Below, one piece after another: positions 9,138-20,159 of a DNA stretch of 64,000 nucleotides. A program made the translations under genes and the position numbers. The DNA is taken from positions 55,481 through 119,480 of the forward strand of contig JAVCCR010000032.1 in assembly GCA_030765485.1 (NCBI GenBank), in the 5' to 3' direction. The DNA is from Candidatus Gygaella obscura. GTDB lineage: Bacteria > Omnitrophota > Gorgyraeia > Gygaellales > Gygaellaceae. The stretch's first letter is position 1, and each line of letters starts with the position of its first letter. The notes below the pieces were generated by a model. The model was given only the letters and a program-made list of their open reading frames with translations, made no database searches and was not told the origin of the DNA.

Positions 9138-10550
9138 ATGAATATACTTTTTTGTTCTAGTGAAGTCGTACCTTTTGCTAAAACAGGTGGTTTGGCTGAT
9201 GTTGCCGGAGCATTGCCTTTGGCATTAAAAATGCTTAACCACGATATACGCATTGTTATGCCAAAATACGGCTTTATTGATGAAAAGAAATTTTCTTTAA
9301 AAAAATTGAATAATAATTTATATACGGCTAAAATAGCGGATAAAGTTACAGTTTATTTCATCGACCATAAGAGCTTCTTTAAGCGGGACGGTTTATACGG
9401 GGATAAGAATGGAGATTATCCGGACAATCTGGATAGATTTTCTTATTTTTCTCAACAGGTAATCGCTCTAATAAAGGAAGTTGATTTTATTCCCGATGTT
9501 GTGCATTGTAATGATTGGCAGACTGCGTTGATACCGGTTTATTTAAAGACCGCATGCAAAAACGATTCTGTTTATGCAAAGATAAAGACAGTATTCACAG
9601 TCCATAATCTTGCTTATCAGGGGCTTTTTGATAAAGAAAATTTTTCTAAGTTGGGTTTAGATTGGAAATTATTCAATATGGATTATCTGGAATATTACGA
9701 TAAAATTAATTTTTTAAAGGGTGGTTTGGTATTTTGCGATATTATTACTACTGTAAGCGAAGCCTATGCAAAGGAAATTCAGACTAAGGAATTCGGCTGT
9801 GGTCTGGAAGGATTATTGACGAAACGCAGTAAAGATCTTTTTGGCATTATCAATGGTCTTGATTATAATTTGTGGGATCCAGAAAAAGATAAGATGATTT
9901 ATAAGAAATATTCTGCTAAAGCCTATAAAGCCAAACATGAAAATAAAAGGCAATTGCAGGCAGAATGCGGTTTAGCAGTAAAAGAAGATGCGCTTTTATG
10001 CGGTATGGTTTCTAGGCTGGCTGAGCAAAAAGGAGTTGATGTATTGAGTGCTTCTTTGCAAGAATTAATAAAGCTTAATCTACAGGTTGTTATTTTAGGT
10101 ACGGGTGATTTGAAATACCATGATTTGTTGGCAAGGCTAGCAAAAAAATATAAAGATAAAATAAGCGTATTTTTAAAATTTGATAACGTGATAGCTCATA
10201 AGATATATGCCGGCAGTGATTTATTTTTAATGCCTTCGCGCTATGAGCCGTGTGGTTTGGGTCAGATGATAAGTTTAAAATACGGTACAGTTCCCTTGGT
10301 GTATAAAACCGGTGGTCTTGCTGATACGGTAATTGATTGTCAAAAAGACAAAACTAAAGGCAATGGATTTGTTTTTGAAAAATTTGATAAAAAAGAGTTT
10401 ATTTCAACTGTAAAAAGAGCACTTGCGGTTTTTGAAGAAAATAAATTCAATTCTCTTATTGGCAAAGCTTTTAAATATAATTTTTCGTGGAAGTCTTCGG
10501 CAAGTAAATACATAGATTTATTCAATCGTTTGGTAAAAGGAAGGGTTTAA
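9138..10550 (+). CDS. glgA: glycogen synthase (ADP-glucose type, GT5)
   Basis: 470 aa with N-terminal SEVVPFAKTGGLADVAGALP, the KTGGL motif of GlgA. Confidence 0.9.
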   Translation: MNILFCSSEVVPFAKTGGLADVAGALPLALKMLNHDIRIVMPKYGFIDEKKFSLKKLNNNLYTAKIADKVTVYFIDHKSFFKRDGLYGDKNGDYPDNLDRFSYFSQQVIALIKEVDFIPDVVHCNDWQTALIPVYLKTACKNDSVYAKIKTVFTVHNLAYQGLFDKENFSKLGLDWKLFNMDYLEYYDKINFLKGGLVFCDIITTVSEAYAKEIQTKEFGCGLEGLLTKRSKDLFGIINGLDYNLWDPEKDKMIYKKYSAKAYKAKHENKRQLQAECGLAVKEDALLCGMVSRLAEQKGVDVLSASLQELIKLNLQVVILGTGDLKYHDLLARLAKKYKDKISVFLKFDNVIAHKIYAGSDLFLMPSRYEPCGLGQMISLKYGTVPLVYKTGGLADTVIDCQKDKTKGNGFVFEKFDKKEFISTVKRALAVFEENKFNSLIGKAFKYNFSWKSSASKYIDLFNRLVKGRV

Positions 10551-10556
10551 GCGGTT

Positions 10557-11147
10557 ATGGTTTTTGGAGTTACAGGAGGTTTTGCTTGCGGTAAAAGTAC
10601 GGTTAGCAAGATGTTTCGTGATTTGGGTGCAAAATTAATTGATGCGGATAAAATTGCTCACGTTCTTTTAGATTCGCCCAAGTTAAAAAGAAGTTTAGTT
10701 TCTTATTTTGGGAAAGATATATTAACCAGGCAAAAGAAGATTAGTAGGAAAAAACTTGCGAATATTGTTTTTTCAAAACCAAACAGCCTGAGATTTCTTA
10801 ATAGTGTTGTTCATCCGGAGGTAATCAAAAAATTAAAATCCCGGATTGCTTCTTTCAGAAACAGAATATTGGTTTTGGATATTCCTTTGTTGTACGAGTC
10901 ACGCTTAGAAAATTTGGTTGATTATATTGTGGTGGTTAAGTGTTTAAAATTAATTTGTTTAAAGAGGGCACAAGAGAATAATTTTTCTAAATCGCAGGCT
11001 TTGAAAATAATCCAGGCACAATTGCCTTTAAGATATAAAGTTGAGCAAGCTGATTATGTAATTGATAATAGCTATTCGTTAAAAAAGACCAATATGGAGG
11101 TTAAAAAGACATGGCGGGATATGTTGCGAAAACAGAACAAGAAGTAA
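10557..11147 (+). CDS. coaE: dephospho-CoA kinase
   Basis: 196 aa with a P-loop, [12 protein letters not shown]. Confidence 0.85.
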   Translation: MVFGVTGGFACGKSTVSKMFRDLGAKLIDADKIAHVLLDSPKLKRSLVSYFGKDILTRQKKISRKKLANIVFSKPNSLRFLNSVVHPEVIKKLKSRIASFRNRILVLDIPLLYESRLENLVDYIVVVKCLKLICLKRAQENNFSKSQALKIIQAQLPLRYKVEQADYVIDNSYSLKKTNMEVKKTWRDMLRKQNKK

Positions 11148-11149
11148 AA

Positions 11150-12397
11150 ATGGATATCAGTAATCTTAAGGATATGAAAGTAACCGATCTTAATAAAATC
11201 GCTAGAGATCTTCGTGTCAATGGGGTTAGCGGATTGAAGAAACAGGATTTGATTTTTAAAATACTTCAGGCCCAGGCGGAAAAAGCCGGACTTATGTTCG
11301 GAGAAGGCACTTTAGAGATTTTACCAGAAGGCTTTGGGTTTTTAAGGTCGGCGAATTACAATTATTTGCCTTCACCTGATGATATTTATATTTCACCATC
11401 CCAGATAAGGAAATTTGATTTAAGGACTGGCGATACAGTCAGTGGTCAGATTAGGCCTCCTAAGGAAGGCGAGAAGTATTTCGCACTTTTAAAGGTAGAG
11501 GCGGTGAATTTTGAGAATCCTGAGAATTCAAAAGAAAAGGTTCTTTTTGATAATCTTACGCCCCTTTACCCGCAGGAGAAATTTATTCTTGAGACCAAGC
11601 CAGAAGAGGTGTCCATGCGGGTAATGAGCCTGTTGGCTCCTTTAGGCAAGGGCCAGCGTGCATTAATCGTGGCTCCGCCTTATAGCGGTAAAACCGTGCT
11701 TTTACAGAAAATCGGTAATGCCATAACAAACAACCACCCTGATGCGACATTAATGGTGCTTTTGATTGATGAGCGTCCAGAAGAGGTTACGGATATGCAG
11801 CGTAATGTTAAAGGAGAAGTAATTAGCTCTACTTTCGATGAGGCTCCGGAGCGTCATGTTCAGGTAGCGGAAATCGTGTTAGAGAAGGCTAAAAGGCTTA
11901 TTGAACATAAACGGGATGTTATAATTTTACTTGATAGTATTACCCGTTTAGCACGTGCCTATAACTCAGTAATGCCTCATAGCGGTAAGATTCTTTCAGG
12001 TGGTATTGATTCAAATGCCTTGCAGAAGCCAAAGAGGTTTTTTGGCGCAGCCCGTGCATTAGAAGAAGGAGGAAGTCTTACTATAATTGCTACCGCTTTA
12101 GTTGATACTGGAAGTCGTATGGATGATGTAATTTTTGAGGAGTTTAAAGGAACTGGCAATATGGAGCTTCAGCTTGATAGAAATCTATTCCAGCGCAGAA
12201 TATATCCGGCTATTGATATTAAGCGTTCTAACACGAGACACGAGGAATTGCTTCTTAAGGAAGATGAACTTACAAAAATATGGATTATGCGCAAAGTATT
12301 GAATGATTTGAATTCTGTAGAGGCAATGGAGCTTTTGATTCAAAAATTAAAAAAGACTAAGAATAATAAGGATTTTTTAAATAGTATGAACCAGTAG
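11150..12397 (+). CDS. rho: transcription termination factor Rho
   Basis: N-terminal Rho_N domain, cold-shock-like RNA-binding domain, and Walker A PPYSGKT. I chose the start at ATG 11150 (MDISNLKDM...) immediately after the coaE stop; the ORF track's upstream Met at 11111 overlaps coaE. Confidence 0.9.
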   Translation: MDISNLKDMKVTDLNKIARDLRVNGVSGLKKQDLIFKILQAQAEKAGLMFGEGTLEILPEGFGFLRSANYNYLPSPDDIYISPSQIRKFDLRTGDTVSGQIRPPKEGEKYFALLKVEAVNFENPENSKEKVLFDNLTPLYPQEKFILETKPEEVSMRVMSLLAPLGKGQRALIVAPPYSGKTVLLQKIGNAITNNHPDATLMVLLIDERPEEVTDMQRNVKGEVISSTFDEAPERHVQVAEIVLEKAKRLIEHKRDVIILLDSITRLARAYNSVMPHSGKILSGGIDSNALQKPKRFFGAARALEEGGSLTIIATALVDTGSRMDDVIFEEFKGTGNMELQLDRNLFQRRIYPAIDIKRSNTRHEELLLKEDELTKIWIMRKVLNDLNSVEAMELLIQKLKKTKNNKDFLNSMNQ

Positions 12398-12413
12398 ATA
12401 AGGGAAAAAGAAT

Positions 12414-13769
12414 ATGAATAAAATAGCGTTTGTTTTGTTAAGTTTTATTTTATGTTCTGTGTTTGCTTTTGCTCAAGAGGTTGAGGAAATCCGTATTGTT
12501 ACTTATTATCCTTCTCCTTACGGAAGTTATACAGAGTTACGCAGTAACAGGATGGCCATTGGAGATAATTATAGCGATGCTGGCACTTACCAATGGGGGA
12601 CTAATATTAACACTAATGCTGATTTAATTGTTCAGCAAAATGTTGGAATTGGAACATCTAACCCCGATGCCCCGCTATCTTTTGCAAATTCATTAGGTGA
12701 TAAAATCCAACTTTATGATAATGGTAGTTTTACTACGTATGGTTTTGGTGTACAAAGTAATAACCTGCAATTATTGACTACCGATCATACTACGGATATT
12801 ACTTTTAATTATGGTTTTAGTGCTTCTGCTACGGAATTGATGAGGATAAAGGGTAATGGCAATGTCGGTATCGGAATCACGAATCCAACTGAAAAGTTAT
12901 ACGTAAACGGGAATGCCATAATTGGCAGTAGTAATGTCGATGCTACTCTTAATGGGGAGGGAGTGTTTCAGTCAAGCAGTAATTTAGCTGGGGCTGGGTT
13001 TATAGCTACTCCTTGGGTGTATGCACGAGCAATAGAAGGAGATCAAAGAGGATCTGGCTCTACTCTTATTACAATTGGTGGTAAAAATGGCTTTACCAGT
13101 GATGATGAAATTGGTTTAGTAACAAACGGAAAACTAAAAATGCTTATGGATTCAAATGGGTTAGTGACTTTTTTTGGTTTGCATTCTACTTCTCCAGGGA
13201 ATCTCGTATTTAATCAGGATAGTCAGGGTGATTTTGAGACTGATATTAATTTTGATTCTAGCGGGCGTATTGCTGGAGAGAGTGATATTTTTCGTGTTGC
13301 AAGCAAAGGAACTCACGATTTACGTTTAGCAACGAATTCAGTAGATGATAAAGTTACTATTAGAAATTCAGGTATGGTTGGTATCTTGGATACGACCCCC
13401 AGTTATACTTTAGATGTTAACGGTACTTTTAGGGCGTTTGGTATTACTGATTCATCAGATATAAGATGGAAGAAAAATATAACTAATCTCGAGACTCCTT
13501 TAGATAAACTTGCTAAGCTTAGGGGAGTAAGGTATCAGTGGAATCAAGAAGCCTATCCCGATAAGAATTTTGCTCCAGGTATGCAGATTGGTATTATTGC
13601 CCAAGAGCTCGAAGAGCAATATCCTGAGTTGGTGGACATAGATAGTGATGGCTATAAATCAATTCAATATGGAAAATTAACTGCTGTATTATTAGAGGGG
13701 ATCAAAGAGTTAAAACAAGAAAATGATATTTTAAAACAAAGAATCGCATCTTTGGAAGAAAATTTTTAG
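12414..13769 (+). CDS. secreted fibre-like protein with C-terminal intramolecular chaperone (peptidase S74 / endosialidase-chaperone-like) domain
   Basis: Signal peptide MNKIAFVLLSFILCSVFAFA. Repeated GNVGIGTxNPxxxLxV-type motifs typical of tail-fibre stalks. The C-terminal ~110 aa (DIRWKKNITNLETPLDKLAKLRGVRYQWN...GIIAQELEEQYPELV...YGKLTAVLLEGIKELKQE) match the self-cleaving chaperone domain of phage tail fibres and tailspikes. Confidence 0.6.
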   Translation: MNKIAFVLLSFILCSVFAFAQEVEEIRIVTYYPSPYGSYTELRSNRMAIGDNYSDAGTYQWGTNINTNADLIVQQNVGIGTSNPDAPLSFANSLGDKIQLYDNGSFTTYGFGVQSNNLQLLTTDHTTDITFNYGFSASATELMRIKGNGNVGIGITNPTEKLYVNGNAIIGSSNVDATLNGEGVFQSSSNLAGAGFIATPWVYARAIEGDQRGSGSTLITIGGKNGFTSDDEIGLVTNGKLKMLMDSNGLVTFFGLHSTSPGNLVFNQDSQGDFETDINFDSSGRIAGESDIFRVASKGTHDLRLATNSVDDKVTIRNSGMVGILDTTPSYTLDVNGTFRAFGITDSSDIRWKKNITNLETPLDKLAKLRGVRYQWNQEAYPDKNFAPGMQIGIIAQELEEQYPELVDIDSDGYKSIQYGKLTAVLLEGIKELKQENDILKQRIASLEENF

Positions 13770-13830
13770 AAGAAAAGTTTGAAGCGATTATTTTTTACAA
13801 ATATAACTAGATGAAAGGAAGGAGAAAAAA

Positions 13831-14034
13831 ATGAAAAAGGAAATCCACCCAAAGTATAAAGATTGTACTATAGTCTGTGCATGCGGAGAGGTGATTCATA
13901 CGCGTTCTACAAAAGACAATATCCGTGTGGATATATGTTCTAAGTGTCATCCGTTTTTTACCGGAAAGCAGAAATTTATTGATTCTGCCGGACGCGTTGA
14001 AAAATTCAATAAAAAATATAAGAAAAACAAGTAA
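13831..14034 (+). CDS. rpmE: 50S ribosomal protein L31
   Basis: 67 aa with MKKEIHPKY and the zinc-ribbon cysteines CxC...CxxCHPFFTG. Confidence 0.9.
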   Translation: MKKEIHPKYKDCTIVCACGEVIHTRSTKDNIRVDICSKCHPFFTGKQKFIDSAGRVEKFNKKYKKNK

Positions 14035-15083
14035 TGTTTGATAAGTTTCAGATAATCGAGAGAAGATACGAAGAGCTTGAGCATCTTTTGGCCTCGCATG
14101 AGCTGATGAAGAATCAGGAAAAATATCAGGCCTTGGCTAAAGAGCTTGCTTCTATTTCAAAGATTGTTGTTAAATACAGAAACTATAAAAAATCCACTCA
14201 AGAAGAAAAGGATTTAAAAAAAGTTTTGACTGAAAAACATGAGAATGATTTTATTCAGCTTGCCGAAGAAGAACTTAAAAACATACAGGATAAAAGTGCT
14301 AGGTTAAAGTCTGAACTCGAAGATTATCTTAAAAAAGAAAATGATGTTCCGGATAGGGAATTAGTTTTTGAGATACGTGCTGGAACAGGCGGCCAAGAAG
14401 CAAGCCTTTTTGCCGGGAATTTGTTTCGTATGTATACTAAATACGCGCAGTCAAAATCTTGGAGTGTAGAATATCTTTCAGCTCATCCTACGGAATTAGG
14501 CGGATTTAAAGAGGTAATTTTTGCAATCAATGGTAGAGGCGCTTATAAAAGATTAAGGTTTGAGTCCGGCGTACATCGCGTGCAGCGCGTTCCGGAAACT
14601 GAGGCCTCAGGAAGGATTCATACATCAACTGCAACCGTAGCAGTTATGGTTGAGCCAAAGGAGGTAGAGTTAAAGATAGAACCGAAAGATTTACGTATAG
14701 ACGTATATAGGTCTTCCGGCCATGGGGGTCAGAGCGTTAATACTACAGATTCGGCAGTACGTATTACGCATATTCCTACAAAAATGGTTGTTACCTGTCA
14801 GGACGAGCGTTCACAGATCAAGAATAAAGGCAAGGCAATGAAGGTGTTAAGGGCAAGATTAATGGATCGTAAGGTTCAGCAAGAACAAAAAAAGGCTACA
14901 GAGCTGAGGAAGTCTCAGATCGGTACAGGAGACAGAAGCGAGAAGATCCGTACGTATAATTTTCCCGAGCGGCGCGTTACCGATCATAGGATTGGTTTTA
15001 CTATTCATCAGCTAGAGAAGATAATCGAAGGAGATCTAGAGCCAGTGATTAAAGCTTTATTAGAAGAAGATAGTAAAAAATGA
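14034..15083 (+). CDS. prfA: peptide chain release factor 1
   Basis: 349 aa with GGQ motif ([22 protein letters not shown]) and RF1-type length. Confidence 0.9.
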   Translation: MFDKFQIIERRYEELEHLLASHELMKNQEKYQALAKELASISKIVVKYRNYKKSTQEEKDLKKVLTEKHENDFIQLAEEELKNIQDKSARLKSELEDYLKKENDVPDRELVFEIRAGTGGQEASLFAGNLFRMYTKYAQSKSWSVEYLSAHPTELGGFKEVIFAINGRGAYKRLRFESGVHRVQRVPETEASGRIHTSTATVAVMVEPKEVELKIEPKDLRIDVYRSSGHGGQSVNTTDSAVRITHIPTKMVVTCQDERSQIKNKGKAMKVLRARLMDRKVQQEQKKATELRKSQIGTGDRSEKIRTYNFPERRVTDHRIGFTIHQLEKIIEGDLEPVIKALLEEDSKK

Positions 15084-15877
15084 AAGAAAAAGATTTAATT
15101 TTAAGTGAAATTCTAAATTGTACGCCGATTGATCTATATACTAAAGAATTTGATTTAAGTTTTGATCAACAACAGAGGCTGGATACTATTTTGGAAAAAA
15201 GATCCCAAGGGGTGCCTCTGCAGCATCTTTTAGGCAGAATTGATTTTTATGGTTTGCCTTTTATGGTTAAAGAAGGTGTTTTTATCCCTAGATTTGAAAC
15301 AGAGATTTTAGTAGAAAAGGTAATTGCCTTAATTGATGGTTGGGATAATGCAAAACCGTTAAATATTCTAGATGTCTGTTCAGGGACTGGTAATATATCC
15401 ATTGCTTTGGCGCGCAATACAAAGAATACGCATATTACGGCAATAGATATTAATACAAAGGCAATTAGACTGTCTCAGGAAAATGCATCTTTGAATAACG
15501 TTCAGGATAAGACTGTTTTTTTAAGCAAAGATATATTTAAGCTTCAATGTTTTAATAAGAGTTTTGATGTTATTGTAAGTAATCCTCCGTATTTAAAGGA
15601 TAAGGATCTATCTATTCTTTCTCCGGAGGTATTGCATGATCCGAAAGAAAGTATTTTTGCCGGCGATGGCTTTAGGTTTTTTCGACAGATATTATCTATT
15701 GCTAGTAGTTTTTTAAAGAATGAAGCGTGGATTGTTTTTGAAATTGGTCATGATCAGGCTGAAGAATTAAAAGAAATCACTTTTTTAAACAAGGCTTTTA
15801 CGCTTGAGGAAATAATTAAAGATTATAACGGATTTGATAGAGTAGCGGTAATCAGATACAGGAAGAAAAATGGATAA
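15080..15877 (+). CDS. prmC: release-factor glutamine N5-methyltransferase
   Basis: 265 aa with the NPPY motif (SNPPYL) and SAM-binding VLDVCSGTG. It overlaps prfA. Confidence 0.85.
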   Translation: MKEKDLILSEILNCTPIDLYTKEFDLSFDQQQRLDTILEKRSQGVPLQHLLGRIDFYGLPFMVKEGVFIPRFETEILVEKVIALIDGWDNAKPLNILDVCSGTGNISIALARNTKNTHITAIDINTKAIRLSQENASLNNVQDKTVFLSKDIFKLQCFNKSFDVIVSNPPYLKDKDLSILSPEVLHDPKESIFAGDGFRFFRQILSIASSFLKNEAWIVFEIGHDQAEELKEITFLNKAFTLEEIIKDYNGFDRVAVIRYRKKNG

Positions 15878-17135
15878 ACTTATTATTGAAGGTGGAGTAT
15901 CTTTAAATGGAGAAGTTGTTGTAAGCGGGGCAAAGAACTCAAGTCTTCCTATAATGGCAGCAGCTCTTTTAACCAGTGAGCGTTGCATTATCAGAAACGT
16001 CCCAGATTTACGGGATGTGCATACGATGATAAAGATTCTAAGGTCTTTAGGTGCAGAGGCGGAATTTAGAAATAATAGTGTTATCATCGAAGCTAAGAAT
16101 ATTGATAATTTGAAAGCCGGCTATAAGATGGTTTCTACTATGAGGGCCTCTTTTTGTGTTTTAGGCCCACTATTGGGAAGGTTTAAAAAAGCCGAAGTAT
16201 CTTTCCCCGGAGGTTGCGTGATTGGTCTAAGGCCGGTTAATTTGCACATCAAAGGCTTATTGGCTTTAGGCGTTGATATAAAAACCAGATCAGGATATGT
16301 TATAGCTTCTGCGGGTAAGAAATTTAAAGGTGCAACTGTGTATTTAGGCGGAGAATTTGGTTCGACAGTTTTAGGAACGATAAATATTATGATGGCGGCT
16401 GTACTTTGTAAAGGTAAAACAGTTATTGAATTTGCAGCCTGCGAACCTGAGGTGGTTGATACAGGTAATTTTTTAAAGGCAATGGGAGCAGAAATAAGTG
16501 GATTAGGTACCCCTGTTATTGAAATTAAAGGCGTGAGTTCTTTAAGGGGTGTTGAATATGAAGTTATTTCTGATAGAATAGAAGCAGGCACATTTATGCT
16601 CGCTTCGGCGATTACCAATGGTAATGTTACTATAAAAGGTATTGATTTATCTTGCCATGGAGCATTAATTGATCGTTTAAGGGCAGCCCGAATTAAGATT
16701 AGGGAAGTCGGCGTAAAAAAAATAAATGTAAAAGGTTCTGTTTACAGAAAACCGGTTAATTTGACCACGCAGGCTTATCCAGGTTTTCCTACGGATATGC
16801 AGGCACAGTTTATGAGTTTGATGAGTGTAACCAGTGGTGTAAGCGTAATCACGGAGAAAATTTATCCGGATAGATTTATGCATATTGCCGAGCTTAATCG
16901 TATGGGTGCAAGAATAAGAAAGGAAGGTTCTTGTGCGATTATCGAAGGTGTGCGTTATTTGAGCGCAGCAGAAGTTATGGCTTCCGATTTAAGGGCTTCG
17001 GCAGCTTTAGTTTTAGCTGGTTTAGTGGCAAAAGGTAAAACTAAGATAAACCGGATTTATCATTTGGATAGAGGATACGAATCGTTAGACGCCAAGTTGA
17101 GTTCTTTGGGTGCGCGTATAACTAGAAAGAAATAA
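15870..17135 (+). CDS. murA: UDP-N-acetylglucosamine 1-carboxyvinyltransferase
   Basis: 421 aa of EPSP-synthase-fold MurA, beginning [21 protein letters not shown]. Confidence 0.9.
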   Translation: MDKLIIEGGVSLNGEVVVSGAKNSSLPIMAAALLTSERCIIRNVPDLRDVHTMIKILRSLGAEAEFRNNSVIIEAKNIDNLKAGYKMVSTMRASFCVLGPLLGRFKKAEVSFPGGCVIGLRPVNLHIKGLLALGVDIKTRSGYVIASAGKKFKGATVYLGGEFGSTVLGTINIMMAAVLCKGKTVIEFAACEPEVVDTGNFLKAMGAEISGLGTPVIEIKGVSSLRGVEYEVISDRIEAGTFMLASAITNGNVTIKGIDLSCHGALIDRLRAARIKIREVGVKKINVKGSVYRKPVNLTTQAYPGFPTDMQAQFMSLMSVTSGVSVITEKIYPDRFMHIAELNRMGARIRKEGSCAIIEGVRYLSAAEVMASDLRASAALVLAGLVAKGKTKINRIYHLDRGYESLDAKLSSLGARITRKK

Positions 17136-17704
17136 TGATTTTAGTTATAGATAATTATGATTCTTTTACGTATAATTTGGTTCAGTATATTGAAGAGTTT
17201 AATTTTTCTGTAAAGGTCTATCGTAATGATAAGATAAGTTTAAGAAGAATTTCCGGATTAAATCCTAAGAAAATTATTATTTCACCTGGGCCGGGAAGGC
17301 CGGAAAAGGCTGGAATAACCTGCAGTTGCATAAAAGAGTTTTCAGAAAAAATCCCTATACTGGGAGTTTGTCTAGGACATCAAGCCATAGCCTATGCGTT
17401 TGGTGCAAAGATAATCCAGGCTAAACGGTTGATGCACGGTAAAACCTCTTTAATTTATCATAATAAAAAGACAATCTTTAAAAATATCGTTAATCCATTT
17501 GTGGCAACCCGATATCATTCGCTGATTGTAGAAAAAAAATCTCTATCCAAGTGTTTTGAAATTATTGCAAAGACCAAGGTAGGTGAAATAATGGCGATTA
17601 AACATACAGAATTTCCTTTATGGGGAGTGCAGTTTCATCCTGAATCTATTTTGACAAAATGTGGTAAAAGTTTGTTGAAGAATTTTTTGTTTAGCGACAG
17701 GTAA
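17135..17704 (+). CDS. trpG: glutamine amidotransferase component II of anthranilate/aminodeoxychorismate synthase
   Basis: 189 aa class I GATase with MILVIDNYDSFTYNL and the catalytic GVCLGHQ. Confidence 0.85.
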   Translation: MILVIDNYDSFTYNLVQYIEEFNFSVKVYRNDKISLRRISGLNPKKIIISPGPGRPEKAGITCSCIKEFSEKIPILGVCLGHQAIAYAFGAKIIQAKRLMHGKTSLIYHNKKTIFKNIVNPFVATRYHSLIVEKKSLSKCFEIIAKTKVGEIMAIKHTEFPLWGVQFHPESILTKCGKSLLKNFLFSDR

Positions 17705-17716
17705 TAACTTAATCTT

Positions 17717-18733
17717 ATGATAGATAAAACTATAAATAAAATTATTTCGAAAATTGATTTAAATAAGTCAGAGGCAAAGAGTTTGTTCAATACGATTATG
17801 AAAGGAAGACTTTCGGATATTGAACTGGCAGCTGTGTTAATCGCTCTTAAACTTAAGGGAGAGTCTTCTTCTGAAATTGCCGGAGCGGCGTTGGCAATGA
17901 GAGAGAATATGTTTAAGGTAAAAAGGCCAAAAAAAAGCATGGTTTTAGATACCTGCGGCACAGGAGGATCGGGTAAGAACACATTTAATATTTCAACAGT
18001 AGTTGCTTTTGTAGTGAGCGGCGCGGGTGTTAATGTTGCTAAGCATGGTAATAGGGGAGTGTCTAGTAATTTCGGTAGCGCAGACGCAATAGAATCTTTA
18101 GGGATAAATATTAATATAACTCCTACACAGGCAGGATATATTTTAAAAAAAGCAGGAATTGTGTTTTTATTTGCCCCTATATTCCATCCGGCAATGAAGC
18201 ATGCTGTTAATGTTAGAAGGAATTTAAAAACAAGGACAATTTTTAATCTTTTAGGGCCATTATGCAATCCTGCTTTAGCCGATGTTCAACTTATTGGAGT
18301 GTATGCACCAGAACTGACAGAATTGATTTGCCATACTCTTAAACAGTTGAAGGTAAAAAGAGCATTTGTTGTTCATGGTATGGATGGGCTTGATGAGGTA
18401 ACTATATCTAATAGAACTAAGGTAAGTGAATTAAACAATAAAAGAATAAAAACGTTTTATTTAAGTCCTAAAGATTTCGGGTTGAAAAAACAGAATCTAA
18501 AATCTCTTATTGTTGAAAATAAGTTTCAGAACAAAAAAGCCATTATTGATTGTCTCAATGGTAAGCCAGGCGCAAAGTTAGACGTGGTTTTGATGAATGC
18601 AGCCTTATCTTTAGTTTTATCCGGAGTAGCCAAAGGTTTTAAAGAGGCAGTTAAATTAGCTTACGAGTCAATAAAAGGTAAAAAAGCACTAAAGAAACTA
18701 GAGCTTTTAAGAAAATATTCAAATAATCTATAA
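17717..18733 (+). CDS. trpD: anthranilate phosphoribosyltransferase
   Basis: 338 aa with GTGGSGKNTFNIST and KHGNR motifs. Confidence 0.9.
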   Translation: MIDKTINKIISKIDLNKSEAKSLFNTIMKGRLSDIELAAVLIALKLKGESSSEIAGAALAMRENMFKVKRPKKSMVLDTCGTGGSGKNTFNISTVVAFVVSGAGVNVAKHGNRGVSSNFGSADAIESLGININITPTQAGYILKKAGIVFLFAPIFHPAMKHAVNVRRNLKTRTIFNLLGPLCNPALADVQLIGVYAPELTELICHTLKQLKVKRAFVVHGMDGLDEVTISNRTKVSELNNKRIKTFYLSPKDFGLKKQNLKSLIVENKFQNKKAIIDCLNGKPGAKLDVVLMNAALSLVLSGVAKGFKEAVKLAYESIKGKKALKKLELLRKYSNNL

Positions 18734-19524
18734 TGAAAAAAGAAGCGTTTTTAAAAAAGATAATTCAACAGAAGAAAATCCGCATAGATGAAAAGAAAAA
18801 CTTACTTTCTTTAGAACAGCTTAAAGAAAAGTTAAATCAGGCACCAGCTGTTCGAGATTTTAAAAAAGCAATTTCTAAATCTTCAGAAGTAAGTTTAATC
18901 GCTGAGATTAAAAAGGCTTCTCCTTCTAAGGGGCTTATTCGAAGTGATTTTGATGTTTTAGAGATAATAAAGGCCTATGAGACCAGTGGAGTCCAGGCGG
19001 TGTCTGTTCTCACGGAAGAAGATTTTTTTCAAGGCAGTATGGAAAATATACGCTTGGTAAGAGAGAATAGTCAGTTGGCAATCTTAAGAAAGGATTTTAT
19101 TTTAGACTCGTATCAGGTTTTTGAATCGCGTGTTTTTGGCGCGGATTGTATTCTTTTAATAGTATCCTTATTGAAAAAAGATTTGTTGGTTGAGTTAATT
19201 GATTTGGCAAATAGCCTTGGCATGAATTGTTTGGTAGAGGTGCATAACGAGATAGAGCTTAAACGCGTTTTGTCTTTAAAAAAGGATTTTATTCTTGGGA
19301 TCAATAACCGCGATCTCCAGACTTTTGAGGTAGATATAAAAACGAGCGAGAAAATGCTTCCTTTTATTCCAAAAGGAAATACAATAGTTGTGGAAAGCGG
19401 TATAAGAAACTATCAGGATGTTTTATTCTTGAAATTCTTACGCGTTAATGCAGTTTTAATCGGTGAAACATTTATGAGGTCTGATAATATTGTTTCAAAA
19501 GTAAAAGAGGTAATGAATTGGTAA
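18733..19524 (+). CDS. trpC: indole-3-glycerol-phosphate synthase
   Basis: 263 aa TrpC TIM barrel with IAEIKKASPSKG. Confidence 0.85.
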   Translation: MKKEAFLKKIIQQKKIRIDEKKNLLSLEQLKEKLNQAPAVRDFKKAISKSSEVSLIAEIKKASPSKGLIRSDFDVLEIIKAYETSGVQAVSVLTEEDFFQGSMENIRLVRENSQLAILRKDFILDSYQVFESRVFGADCILLIVSLLKKDLLVELIDLANSLGMNCLVEVHNEIELKRVLSLKKDFILGINNRDLQTFEVDIKTSEKMLPFIPKGNTIVVESGIRNYQDVLFLKFLRVNAVLIGETFMRSDNIVSKVKEVMNW

Positions 19525-20144
19525 AGATAAAAATATGCGGTATAACTAATTTTGAAGACGCGTTAAAAGCAGTTGATTTGGGGGTGGATATAATTGGGTT
19601 TAATTTTTTTAAAAGAAGCCCGCGTTATATTTTGCCTAAAGATGCAGCTAAGATAATTAAGAAATTACCATGTTTTATATATAGCGTAGGGGTTTTTGTC
19701 AATGATGACCCCAAATATATAAATAAAACTATTGATATTACGGGAATCCAGGCGTTGCAGTTCCATGGCAATGAAACATCAGAGTTTTGTGATCAGTTCG
19801 ATTATCCTTTAATAAAGGCATTTCGCGTAAGGAATAAGGCAAGTTTTAAGGAAATCCCCAAATATAACGTTGATGCATATCTGTTGGATACATATGAAGC
19901 AAGAAAATTCGGTGGAACTGGAAAAACCTTTAATTGGAAGCTTGTGAAGAGTTTGAAAAAAACAAGCCTTCCTATTTTTATTTCTGGCGGTCTTAATCCA
20001 AAAAATGTTGTTCAGGCTATAAAAGTGACAAACCCTTATGCTGTGGATGTGAATTCTGGAATCGAGAAGTTCCCTGGTAAAAAAGACCCTAAACTGATGA
20101 AAGAATTTGTCTACAAGGCAAGAGGGACGAATCAGTTATCATAA
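19518..20144 (+). CDS. trpF: phosphoribosylanthranilate isomerase
   Basis: 208 aa beginning MVKIKICGIT, with a PRAI fold. Confidence 0.85.
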   Translation: MVKIKICGITNFEDALKAVDLGVDIIGFNFFKRSPRYILPKDAAKIIKKLPCFIYSVGVFVNDDPKYINKTIDITGIQALQFHGNETSEFCDQFDYPLIKAFRVRNKASFKEIPKYNVDAYLLDTYEARKFGGTGKTFNWKLVKSLKKTSLPIFISGGLNPKNVVQAIKVTNPYAVDVNSGIEKFPGKKDPKLMKEFVYKARGTNQLS

Positions 20145-20159
20145 AACAAAGGAAAAACA

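Noticed and set aside
16121-16618. 165-aa minus-strand ORF (and similar antisense ORFs at 390-641, 777-1043, 1232-1549, 17635-18267, 48187-48543, 59205-59651, 62755-63120)
   Set aside because: Each is fully embedded antisense (or out of frame) within a strongly supported, motif-bearing gene (murA, folD, metV, trpG/trpD, dnaB, DUF502, GH94). They have low-complexity or hydrophobic composition and no recognisable motifs. They are typical AT-rich antisense artefacts.
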